A stretch of DNA of 62,620 bases, filler included, from Globobulimina sp. (lineage: Eukaryota): the NCBI GenBank assembly GCA_003354225.1. It is 30 parts of 30 records of this genome, joined end to end, with 100 filler letters (N's around TTAATTAATTAA, not from the genome) between each part and the next. Parts side by side here need not be neighbours in the genome. Positions count along the whole stretch, not along the records: positions 1 to 1,993 come from PIVH01009930.1; positions 2,094 to 4,085 come from PIVH01009931.1; positions 4,186 to 6,177 come from PIVH01009932.1; positions 6,278 to 8,269 come from PIVH01009933.1; positions 8,370 to 10,361 come from PIVH01009934.1; positions 10,462 to 12,453 come from PIVH01009935.1; 24 more parts are not named here. The stretch is one strand, 5' to 3'. The position numbers and the translations under genes were made by a program. The notes beneath the pieces are model-generated. The model did not search any database and had not been told where the DNA came from. It saw only the letters and a program-made list of their open reading frames with translations. Shown here one piece after another: positions 1 through 10,821 of the stretch (position 1 is the first letter of the stretch; every line of letters starts with the position of its first letter).

Positions 1-1
1 A

Positions 2-181
2 ATGGGAGAATATTTTGATATTTTTGTGGAACATGGTTTTGAAGATTTTGATTCTGTTAAATATGTCACCGCGAATGAATTGACTTTGATGGGAATCACT
101 AAAATTGGGCACAAAATGAAATTACTTCGATTTATTGCTACATTAAATCATGAGAATGAAGGAAATACTGCCCATCAATAA
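2..181 (+). CDS. C-terminal SAM domain of a 5'-truncated gene
   Basis: Manual translation MGEYFDIFVEHGFEDFDSVKYVTANELTLMGITKIGHKMKLLRFI...* fits the SAM consensus (Y..F...G.D......LT..L..GI.K.GH..K.L). Not in the ORF track. Confidence 0.8.
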   Translation: MGEYFDIFVEHGFEDFDSVKYVTANELTLMGITKIGHKMKLLRFIATLNHENEGNTAHQ

Positions 182-302
182 ATATTAATATTCCATCATA
201 TTATTTATACTAAAAAAAAGTGCATTGTTGTGCTCAAAAAACAGCTAAATGAGCTAATTCTGTCAACAACAAACGCAATACTTCGAGCATACTGTTTATA
301 CC

Positions 303-1943
303 ATGGGTGCTTGCTGTGGTGTAAAGTCATCCCCATCCCGCGATGAATTAAATCCACTCGAACAAAAAGCGCATGACGGCATCGAAGATGCTTTAATCTC
401 AGCGTACAAAAACGACAATCGAGTGAAGAAATTATTATTATTAGGCGCAGGCAGTTCAGGCAAATCGACCATTTTCAGGCAATTAAAATGTGTCTACAAA
501 TCAGGCTTTGTAGAGAGCGAAATGAACGAAGTCATACCAATAATACGACGTAACTGCGTTTCTGGCATCTTAACCTTATTAAAAAAAACGCAACAATTAT
601 ACGAAATGGACAGCCACGCAAATACTGATTGTTATATTAATATCGATACATGCGGCGATTCCATGATTCGTTGCATTCAAACAGTCGTTAATTTTGGTAA
701 AGAGACCTTTGAGGATTACGAAAATTCATTTTTATCCTACATAGCCAATATAGATGACGACGATGTCACTATCGACGATAATACAGAGAGTCGTATCCGT
801 GTTAAAAAAAATGAGTTATATCAGTTAGCCGCAGCTATTAAATTATTATGGAATGTGCCCCAAATACAAGCAACGTGGCGGAAGAGAAGCGCAGAGATGA
901 ACGCCTTTTGTTTCCCGGATAATATGGAATATTTTTTCAATAAAATCGATGCTGGTTTTGAATGGAACTATGTGCCGACAAGTGATGATATTTTGAAATG
1001 TAGGATAAGAACAACCGGATTAATCCATGCTTTTTATGAAGAGAAACAAATTGCTTTTACCATTACTGATGTCGGAGGTGTGTTTATTGCCTAATTTTGC
1101 TTAATTTTGTAGTAATTAAAGTGTTTCTGGATAAATAAATGTATTGTTATAGGTCAAAGGAATGAGCGTAAGAAATGGATTCATGGTTTTGAGGGAGTGA
1201 CAGCTGTGATATATGTCGCAGCACTTAACCATTATGGGACGGTTTTATTTGAGGATGAAAGCAAGAATGCGATGATGGAATCTATCGAATTGTTTGCAGA
1301 GACTTGCAATTTAAAATGGTTTAAGAAAACGGAGATTATTTTATTTTTGAATAAAGATGATTTATTTCGCGAGAATATCGAAAATGATCTTGCGTTGTCA
1401 GTGTGTTTTAATTCTGATAATTGCTGCATTTATAAAAAAGAATATGATGATGACAGTAATTATTATCGAAAGGAGAATAAAAATAAAAAAAAGAATAGAA
1501 ATAAGGGAAGGAATAATAACATGGATGACGAAGATGATAATATGAGTATGATAAATAACAACAACTATGATGAGAATGAGTATTCTGACGAGGAAATGTG
1601 CGGATATATTCCACCCAAAATAGAATTTCCTATAAATGATAATGAACGATATCGCGAGAAAAGTGCCATTTATCCAAAGGATGAACTACGATTTTCATGT
1701 AAAGATAGCTATGACGGAGGGAGATGGATCAATGAGTCAAATGACAAATGGTTTGATTATATTTATAATGATTATGTTCATTTTATTACAGAACAATATT
1801 TATCAAAGAATCTACATCCTCATTTAAAAAGGATATTTGTGCATATTACGACTGCGACGGATCCGAGTAATGTTAAGAAGGTATTCTGGAATGTACAAAA
1901 TATTGTCATACGTTCAAATTTAAAGCATGGCGGATTGGTGTAA
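303..1943 (+). CDS. Heterotrimeric G protein alpha subunit, 2 exons (intron 1078-1152)
   Basis: MGACCG lipidation motif, [32 protein letters not shown] restored by a GT-AG splice, [16 protein letters not shown]-terminal NLKHGGLV. Confidence 0.96.
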
Positions 1944-1993
1944 AAAACTACAACATGTACAACATCTTTCTTTTTGTTTGTAATATCTTGCTT

Positions 1994-2093
1994 NNNNNNN
2001 NNNNNNNNNNNNNNNNNNNNNNNNNNNNNNNNNNNNNTTAATTAATTAANNNNNNNNNNNNNNNNNNNNNNNNNNNNNNNNNNNNNNNNNNNN
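1994..2093. other. Artificial contig spacer (44N-TTAATTAATTAA-44N), first of 29 identical spacers about every 2.09 kb
   Basis: Identical 100-nt linker with stops in all six frames; the flanking contigs decrease steadily from 1993 to 1989 bp. Confidence 0.99.
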
Positions 2094-3704
2094 CAATGTT
2101 ACAAAACGCAAATTTGATCATCCATGGAATTGTGGCGTTTTTTTGGATTTTGATTCAAATCCAGGATATCCACAACTTGTTCCTGGTCAAGTTCATGCTG
2201 CTTTGCCACCACAAATAATTGAATATTTTTTTGATATGTATTCATCGTTAAGTATTTACTTAGTACACATTTGTTTCAATGTCATGCATCTCCGTCATAT
2301 AGAAATGAACGAATGGTATTTTTAAAATATATTGCGATCAACGATATTGGATTAAAAGACCCACGAACTTTTCAGGTAAATGGGGGTGTTAACCCGGGCA
2401 ATCATTTATTTTCTAAACCAGATCAAGGAAAATCATATTTTATTAAATTCGTGTTAGCATTGCTTGGATGTCCTACAGCGACTGCAGATGGATGCAAAGA
2501 TCCAAAATTAATTCATGGAAATTATACTGGCGCATCTATTCAGAAAAGAGCGTGTGACATGCCGGGTTGGGTGTCGTTTTACGAAGATTGTGACAGAGAC
2601 AGTGGTAATAAATCAAATCTTCCATTAATTAAACTTATTTGGTTATGTGGCGAAGTAAACAGTAACTCGACTGTAACCAACGGTACAAGAAGAGGAGCAA
2701 CCGGTGGATATATTACCACTGGAAATTTAGATTTATCGTTTTTAGCCGACCCAGGAACACAATCTAGAATGTTTGTCGATACATTTAACGCTAAAATATT
2801 AAGTGCAGATACATCAGCGGTATGATACATTTAATTAAAAAATGCTTTTTTATCGTTACAAACATTGTTTATTTTGTATGCATACAGATTACCGCTATGA
2901 TAAAAAAAGCACCTGAGATACAACAAGCGCTGGCATTGAGAACGGAATACGTTGCATTATATGGAACACCATCAGAAAAATACCTGTCGGCAGCACGGGA
3001 TTTGATGGCGACATTGCAGAAAATTGTCAGATTGAAAAATCCTGATTTAGCTCAATATTTACAAAATAGAAATGTGTTACTATACATTCAGGTATTAGCG
3101 CGAGTAATTAAGATCAATAAATTAATATTTGATGGAAGGGAAGAAAAAGCATTGATGAAAGCGTTTATTGGCTCTGTTTATTGGTATTTAGAGGTTAAGT
3201 TGCATTGTGAAATTAGAAATATCATTGTTTATATCACAACAAAAAAATAACTAGATGTGCAATAAAATAAATTCAGATCCATTGCAATATTCAATGCGTC
3301 ATAGTTACACTGGATATTTACGATTTTTTATATTTGCGTTACAATGTACAAAAATTAACAAGAAATCGCTGCGCAATGCTTTGCATAATTGCTCAGCACA
3401 ACAAAAAAGTAAAAGGTCGATTTTAAAAGAAATTCAACCCTTAATTGAGACGAATACTGATAATTTATCAATTATTATCAAAGATAATTTTGTTGGAGTG
3501 AATTCTAAAGTCATGAAAACCGGGGGGGCATTGCAAATTCGTCATATTAATGATTTATGTGTTAATGTAGCAAAATATTATTTGTTAAACAAAAAAGAGC
3601 AACAAAGTAGTGATGAGAGTAAAGCATCGGATTTAGTTACAAATCAGTCTATTTTTGCTGCTGTACACACATTTATTACTGATACAAAACGCTTCTACAA
3701 CTGA
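2094..3704 (+). CDS. Spliced P-loop NTPase, AAA+ helicase-like (SF3/D5 or DUF927/Cch-MCM type), 4 exons, 5'-partial
   Basis: Four ORF-track fragments join in frame through introns 2247-2302, 2820-2887 and 3194-3254. Walker A-like FSKPDQGKS, Walker B-like VSFYED, sensor YITTGN, Arg finger-like GTQSRMF. Confidence 0.62.
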
Positions 3705-3769
3705 ATGTCTTTGTCTTAAATTAATCACCATATACTGATCAACCATCATATTCTGCACTTGTTTAACTA

Positions 3770-4085
3770 TGATTGTGCAAGAAAAATTATATAGGGCCTA
3801 GCCCTTTTTTTGATTGCAATAAATGTTGTCTAAACTAACCTTAGATTACTCTAGCGCCCAGAAGTTTCCAAACTAAGACTTTTAATAAATTGAGGTCAAA
3901 GGTCACAATGACCTCTGAGGTCAAAGGCCAAGGTCATTTTATAATTTTATTTTTTTATGGCTCAGACAATTTTGTAGACTGGTTTTGGAAGGTTACCAAA
4001 TCAATGGATAGTGTTTTGATGTGATTTGGGATGTTTTACCTACATTTCAGTCATGACCTTGACCTCTGACCTGCTGTCTGTGGTC
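3770..4085. repeat. Non-coding repeat-like DNA rich in GAGGTCAAAGG(T/C)CA and TGACCT motifs; probably foreign (metazoan-like)
   Basis: tgaggtcaaaggtca, tgaggtcaaaggccaaggtca and tgaccttgacctctgacct are clustered here and absent from the other contigs. Confidence 0.45.
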
Positions 4086-4185
4086 NNNNNNNNNNNNNNN
4101 NNNNNNNNNNNNNNNNNNNNNNNNNNNNNTTAATTAATTAANNNNNNNNNNNNNNNNNNNNNNNNNNNNNNNNNNNNNNNNNNNN

Positions 4186-6177
4186 CATACTTATCGACCT
4201 CCTCATATCCAACGGGTTGAATCACAGCATCGCCACATCCAAATAAATCGACTATCACTTTTAGACATTTTAGAGTGCAGCTTACGATACTTATCATTAG
4301 TGACAATATGGAAAATTGTGTCCATTTATTCAACATTGCCGTCGCTATAATAATGATTGTAATTTGCGGTATGTCCTGAAAACATGCAATCAAAATTGCA
4401 AATATATCAATATCTACTCTGCGAGTTCGTATTTCTCCGATTATATCATTGTGCGATGCATCATATGACAGATCGTGATGATCCATATGGAATTTGCTGA
4501 AAACGTTTAGTTTTTCGCGTAAAACTGGTATCTTTGAATATAATTTCCTGGCCAGCATCAATTCAAAAACAAATAATAATGAGCCGAGAACACCGCACAG
4601 CAATGACATCCATGCTAAAGTTTCTATGGAATGGAAAGTTTGTATTTGTATCGTATTATAATTGATTAAATATATGGCGTACATAAAGTCGGTAAAAATG
4701 TCTGTGATTTCTAACAACAATCCAATTTTTAATAACATTGAAGCATGTTTCATGAAATCAGTCCATTCCATTTGGCCAATTTCGCGCGTTCGTTTTGACG
4801 TAAATATACAGAGATAAATACAACAGGAAATGAACAATATTAATGATGTGGTACCAGATATAAGTAATGTGTTATAGTGAGCGGATAAAGTATGTATTGC
4901 AACATTTGTGGTGTTTGTGTTTGATAAAGGTAACAATGTCTGATTTGTTTCCACTTGATTTGTATTGGTTTGTTTGGGCGGTTTTGCTGGGTGATTTGTT
5001 GCCGTTTCTTTGGGTGATTTGGAGACTGAGTCTTATTGTAATTATATATTACGAGTAAATGCAATATTGTTTATGTACAGAGTATAAATGCATACCTAAC
5101 CTTGTGTTGATTCATTGGTAGATACAAATGGTGGCGATGAGAGATAATTTAATTGTGCATTGGATGGATTTTTTGAAGGTAACTGCGTAGGCATAGTACT
5201 TGGAGAAATTGTTGGTGATATGGACGGTGTAACAGTTGGGTCAATTATTGGATAAAGCGTTGGTGCATTGGATAGAGTTTGTGATGGCTTATAAGTTGGT
5301 ATAATAATTGTATTTTGTGTCGGTAACTGTATGGGTATGTTACTTGGGTAAATTATCGGATTTATTGTAGGATTTGCTGTGGGATTATTTGAAGGAAAAA
5401 TAGATGGCTCATTGGTTGGACCATCAGTGGGAGTAAATGACGGTGTATTTGATGGGGATATTGTCGGAATAGATGATGGTGTATTTGATGGTGACTGTGA
5501 AGGTATATTTGTTGGATGGACTGAAGGATATTTTGTAGGCATATTACTTGGAGAAATTGTCGGGGTTTTTGAAGGGGAAATAGATGGTTCATCTGTTGGA
5601 TGATTGGTAGGTATAAATGATGGCGTATTTGATGGTGATAAGGATGGAAAATATGATGGATTGCCTGACGGAGTTATTCTAGGATTATTTGACGGATTTG
5701 ACGGATTTGACGATGGAGATTCGGACGGAGTGACCGTTGGCAACGGTGTTATGTCTGTATATCGTGCATAATTATAAATTAACATATTTAGCAAAATATA
5801 ATATGACATACTTTGCAATACAAGACTAGTATACACATTTTGTAACGAAGATGATGACAAATTGCGTCCACCAAATACAATTAACTGCTGATTTAACATC
5901 GAAGGAATAACTAATCCGCCAATATCTGGCAATGACTCAATTTGAGAACAAATGAATGTGTTTGGGTCGAATATATCCACTGTATTTGAATAAGCATTGT
6001 CATTAATAATATTATCAGCGTCCCTCCAACCGGCAATAATATATATTTTACCATTTCTATCCATAACTATTGCCGCACCGTATTTGTTTTCATTTAATGT
6101 TGCTTTGTAACATGACCATGAATGTGTTGTTATGTCATATCCGCATATTCGATCATGATTTGATATTTTGCATTTAT
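4186..6177 (-). CDS. Kelch-like repeat + Pro/Ser/Thr stalk + multi-TM (XK-related-like) protein, partial, introns 5755-5811 and 5032-5100
   Basis: KIYIIAG...VDIFDP and LIVFGG Kelch-like blades, many PSxxPT/PTxxPS repeats, then about 5 TM helices with DIFTD and FQDIPQ motifs. Splicing joins ORFs 5096-6064 and 4130-4954 in frame. Confidence 0.7.
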
Positions 6178-6277
6178 NNNNNNNNNNNNNNNNNNNNNNN
6201 NNNNNNNNNNNNNNNNNNNNNTTAATTAATTAANNNNNNNNNNNNNNNNNNNNNNNNNNNNNNNNNNNNNNNNNNNN

Positions 6278-6984
6278 CATGAAAAACATAATAAAGTACA
6301 TTGAGTCACACAAATAAATTAACAAAACACAAAAAGGTGGCAATTAACAATGCATATGGCACAATGACAAATAATTTGAGTGAATATATTAAATCACAAT
6401 CATTGCAGCAGCAAATATTAAAAGTTTTGTACGATTTCCGAGTGTTGTTAGTGGAGAAACTATTTCATTCGTTTGCATTTCTTAATAATACACATTATAT
6501 TGCCGGGTTTCATAATCAAATGGCTACGCAAATTGGTGTCGCACCATATAACGATCCAAATATTGGTTATCCGTCAGGTGGAATACATAAAAATTGGAGA
6601 AATAATTTGGATAAAAGATATTTCAAAACTATGTATACCAAAGAAAATATTTTACAATGTGTAATTAAACAAATTGCTGAAAAGAAGATTAGTTATCAAA
6701 AAGTTGTTAAATTTTTTCAACTTAATTGTCCTCAACAAATGAGCACAAATGTTTTTTTAGAAATGGTGATTGATATTGATACTGGTGAAATAGATGAAAA
6801 TTATTTATGTTGGTTGTTATATAAATTGGATATATTTATTGTTAAAGATGAAGCATGGAAAGATATTGAGAAATGTTGGGATGATCCAACTGATGCAATT
6901 CCGGCTGTTGTGTGTACTAAAAAGAAAAAGATAAAAAAGAAAAGGAAACGAAGAAATTTTAAGAAGAAAAAACAAAAAGCATAA
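6278..6984 (+). CDS. Hypothetical protein, 5'-partial, Lys-rich C-terminus
   Basis: Long ORF in AT-rich DNA; no family recognised. Confidence 0.6.
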
Positions 6985-7097
6985 ATTAACTAAAACTAAT
7001 ATTATTTTATCATATCAATGTGTTTCTTGTATGGTAAATTTCCATTTTTTAATACCTAGCCTGTACATTTTGACTCTACTTCAACAAAATACTAAAT

Positions 7098-7931
7098 ATG
7101 GGGAACAAGCAGAACAACAGAACAAAGGCGAGAGAAAATGATGATGACAGTCAGGATATGCGATTCAAGAAATATGCATTTGCTGCATGTAAGTATGCCA
7201 AACCAAAACAAGTTCAATGGACCGAAAAGAAAATAGACGAATTTATGTCTGGTTATCTTAAACATAATGATGGATTATTGACATTAAAACATATACTTAT
7301 AAATTATTGTGATTTCAAAATCTCTCCATATTTTCAAATTATAATGAATACAGTGCCAAACAGAGATTTAGGGACACCAAATAAAACAAAAAAATTGAAA
7401 ATATTCGATCAATTTGATAGAAGCTCAAACTACTTTGTTTCTGATATATTTTGTCCTAACTGTTATAAAAACGGATTGCAATTTTATCGCAGTTACACAC
7501 CATATCCTTGGATATCCATTGGATTTAATAACAATGCAATTGAATATTATTGTAAATATTGTCAATTATTCATTGCTTACAATTTGAAGGAAAGAATTCT
7601 CCGAAAATATGTTAAATTATCGCCCTTTGTAAACCGTAAAATATATTCAAACATTGATTCGATATTCATTGGAAAAGATGAGATAATCACAGTTATCACA
7701 CAACAACCAATCAGTGAATGCACAGTGAGAAAATGTGAAGAATGTAACAAAATAATGCAACCATTGGAAGAAAGAAAAATATTAATCAGCAAAGATTGGG
7801 ATGTTGCCAGTTATGCCGTACCTGTAAAACATACATATTTTGGTCGTTTATTCATGTGCCGCAAAATGAGATATTTTTGTGACCACTGTGACTTGGTTTT
7901 GCTCAGAAAATCTTGTATTTCAAATATCTAA
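7098..7931 (+). CDS. Hypothetical protein with four CxxC pairs and a possible N-myristoylation site
   Basis: MGNKQ start; CPNC, CKYC, CEEC, CDHC. Confidence 0.65.
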   Translation: MGNKQNNRTKARENDDDSQDMRFKKYAFAACKYAKPKQVQWTEKKIDEFMSGYLKHNDGLLTLKHILINYCDFKISPYFQIIMNTVPNRDLGTPNKTKKLKIFDQFDRSSNYFVSDIFCPNCYKNGLQFYRSYTPYPWISIGFNNNAIEYYCKYCQLFIAYNLKERILRKYVKLSPFVNRKIYSNIDSIFIGKDEIITVITQQPISECTVRKCEECNKIMQPLEERKILISKDWDVASYAVPVKHTYFGRLFMCRKMRYFCDHCDLVLLRKSCISNI

Positions 7932-7972
7932 AATTAAACCCATTTTCATCATATTCATCTTTGAAATTAATC

Positions 7973-8269
7973 ATGGCAGAGCAAGAAGAAAAAAAACAAG
8001 ATTGTTCAATAATCAAATAATATTTAATATCAGTCCAGCAATTTCGTGCCAAAATACGTGAAGCCGACGCAATATTTTTCTCTTCGCCAGAATACAATTA
8101 TGGCATATCTTCACCATTAAAAAATGCATTAGATTGGGCATCGAGGAGTGCCAATGGGTCTGCCATGAAAGAGAAAATGTATGATAATATATATATCGTT
8201 TTTATATTATATACATACTGTTTTTGCTCGTAAAATGACAGTGCAACAGTGGTTGGTACGGGAGTTGGT
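7973..8269 (+). pseudogene. NADPH-dependent FMN reductase (ChrR/NQR flavodoxin-like) fragment
   Basis: VQQFRAKIREADAIFFSSPEYNYGISSPLKNALDWASRS, then an intron (about 8179-8241) and ATVVGTGVG. In-frame TAA at 8018-8020 and no GSLR loop upstream. Confidence 0.8.
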
Positions 8270-8369
8270 NNNNNNNNNNNNNNNNNNNNNNNNNNNNNNN
8301 NNNNNNNNNNNNNTTAATTAATTAANNNNNNNNNNNNNNNNNNNNNNNNNNNNNNNNNNNNNNNNNNNN

Positions 8370-9411
8370 AAATTTATTTGGATGTTTCATTATGGGATTT
8401 CACGAAGGATTTGCACAAAGTAGGTGCCATAAATATGTTAAAGCTGGCATTGCGACCGGATTTGCGGGGAGTATCACAACATTTTCTGCCTTTAATTTTG
8501 AGATAAATATTCTAATCCTCTCAAGCTCTCATCCTCCGCAAATTGGTTTGTATTTTGGAGCCATAGCTGCTACTTTCATTGGTGGCATTATTTTATATTT
8601 TTTAGGTGAAATTATATCCTTATCCATATTCAGCAGATTTCAAAAACAAATATCTGGTGATTCTTCTCCATATAAAAGCAGAGTGTCTGATGTTGCTGAC
8701 ATTGAAATGACAGATATTGAAACTGAAAATGTTGTGAATAACATAGTAAACATAGACGAAACTGACGAAGAAACACATTCATTGCAAATAAAAAAACAAA
8801 ATAAATCTCCAAACAGAAAACATAAGCATAAGCATCCAGCTCCAAATGGTAAATATCATTTATTTGAGGATTATTGCATTGTGTTACTGTGGACAGTCAT
8901 ATTTGTTGTAATGTACAGTATAATAATCCCAGTGTCGTTTATGATAAATGATATTTTATGGCAAGCATTGCTTATGGCGCCCGTTGGTGCATTATGCCGA
9001 TGGTATGTTGGAAAGGTATTTAATGTGAATAAAGTGAGCAAAATGCCATTGGGCACTTTTATTGCCAATGTTGGTGGAAGTTTGTTGTTTACGATCTTGT
9101 ATGTCACATCGGGAGAAGCTGCAGATATTTTGTGGAGTTATCACAAAATGGGAATGACTGCTCTAACCACAGGCTTTTGTGGATGTTTTACCACTGTTTC
9201 TTCGTTTGTTGCTGAACAGTTCAGACTAAAAAGAGAAGCTGCTATCGAACAAAAGGAAGCGTTGAAAGCAGAAGTACTAAAATGTGAACATGAGTTGACG
9301 AGCTATAAAATGTCCGTTGTCTATTTTTTTCTGACGTTGCTCATATCACAAATATTATCGTCAATTATCAATGCTATCTGCATGTTCAGAGCAAATGACA
9401 AATGTTATTAA
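8370..9411 (+). CDS. FEX: Fluoride exporter of the FEX type (two fused Fluc/CrcB domains), 5'-partial
   Basis: NLFGCFIMG...TGFAGSITTFSAF in domain 1; GALCRW...GTFIANVGGS...TGFCGCFTTVSSF in domain 2. Confidence 0.92.
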
Positions 9412-9886
9412 ATATTTATTTAAGCAATTCTTAATCTAAACAATAACTTTACGTTTTAGTTAGCTGGTCAAATCTAGACATGGCTTTCACTTCCCATACA
9501 ATAATCAATGGTATATGAAAGCAGTATTTATATCATTTTAATTATATTATAACGTCATAATATTAAATAAGTTATAAATTATATTGTATGTATGTTGTGT
9601 TATATTCTATAGTTTCGTTGAATTTTGCATCATCTCTTTGCATGTTATTTGAAATTATGGTATACACAAAAGGCCAGGAAATGAACGATTATTTAAGGGA
9701 AAATACTATAACAATGTCATCATATTCGCATTTATTAAACGCCGACATTTCCAAGTAAGTTTTCTCATTTTCCTTTCAATTCTCATTTGGATTTATTCAT
9801 CCCGTCTAGAAAGTTTCTACGCATTTTCATTTTACTATACACATTTCTACGTCTACATATTTCCTGCAATAGTTACCATCCCCTCC

Positions 9887-9929
9887 TCGCATTATTAATA
9901 TAACTTTTCGCATTATTAATATAACTTTT
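9887..9929. repeat. Perfect 21-bp tandem duplication
   Basis: tcgcattattaatataacttt occurs twice in a row. Confidence 0.85.
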
Positions 9930-10150
9930 GTGCCGGTACCCCTTGGGTAGATGAAACATATTAAACCTTTAAAACTAGATCATGGCAACGTTGTCCTCTA
10001 TTATTATATCTAACAAAGGACAATGATTATGAATCCTGATGCATCCATTTTATACATTACCAAACTAAATATAGATTATTCTTTATTCTTCTCATTCAAT
10101 CTCATATTATCTGTCCCCTCCCATACCAACACAACATTAATAAATTAACA

Positions 10151-10361
10151 ATGTGTGATATTGAAGCACAAACAACAGCAAATAAACCACATAAAAAATA
10201 CAACAACAACCTTCATGATCAAGATATTACCACAACACATCATTATTCCAAATACTCCATCAAATTCCTCGCATCAATAATAGCGGTATTTTCTGCGATA
10301 GCAATGATTGCAATATTTTGTACATCTACATTTGTGTCAACAGCTCCATCCCATGCACGAC
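10151..10361 (+). CDS. N-terminus of a hypothetical type II membrane protein, 3'-partial
   Basis: ATG start, single hydrophobic span FLASIIAVFSAIAMIAIF, runs into the spacer. Confidence 0.5.
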
Positions 10362-10821
10362 NNNNNNNNNNNNNNNNNNNNNNNNNNNNNNNNNNNNNNN
10401 NNNNNTTAATTAATTAANNNNNNNNNNNNNNNNNNNNNNNNNNNNNNNNNNNNNNNNNNNNCCTATGTATCTGCCGTGTTTGCTTTGGCGCAGACCTGGG
10501 TCTGTTTGGATTTTATGGTGAATGCATGGTGCGCATTGCTCATATTTTCTGATTATAAACAAAAAAATGACGAATTTGATGACAGTGCAGTTATAACAAA
10601 AGAAAAATACTTACAAATTGAGAAAAAAGTTGAATTGATTCAAAAAAAATTAGACAAACTGCCTGATCACATACTAAAGTCATTGAAAGATCAATTGATT
10701 ACAAAACAAGAAAAGCGAATGATGAGAAACTCCGAAAATAAGACATTTCGATCAATATTAAAAATAGGCAAACAACCAAAATCTAATAAATATGGCTGAA
10801 CGATCCCAAGCAATTCACACA

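Noticed and set aside
5180-5740. Repetitive GATGG/GTTGG DNA and the plus-strand ORF 5379-5603
   Set aside because: It is the antisense of a Pro/Ser/Thr mucin-like coding repeat, not a CRISPR or satellite.
8018-8020. In-frame TAA as evidence for a reassigned genetic code
   Set aside because: TAA, TAG and TGA all end conserved genes at the expected places (G-alpha, MetRS, acyl-CoA dehydrogenase), and long conserved exons have no internal stops.
9480-9760. Possible small spliced gene downstream of FEX
   Set aside because: Donor- and acceptor-like sites exist, but the joined frame hits a stop and shows no homology.
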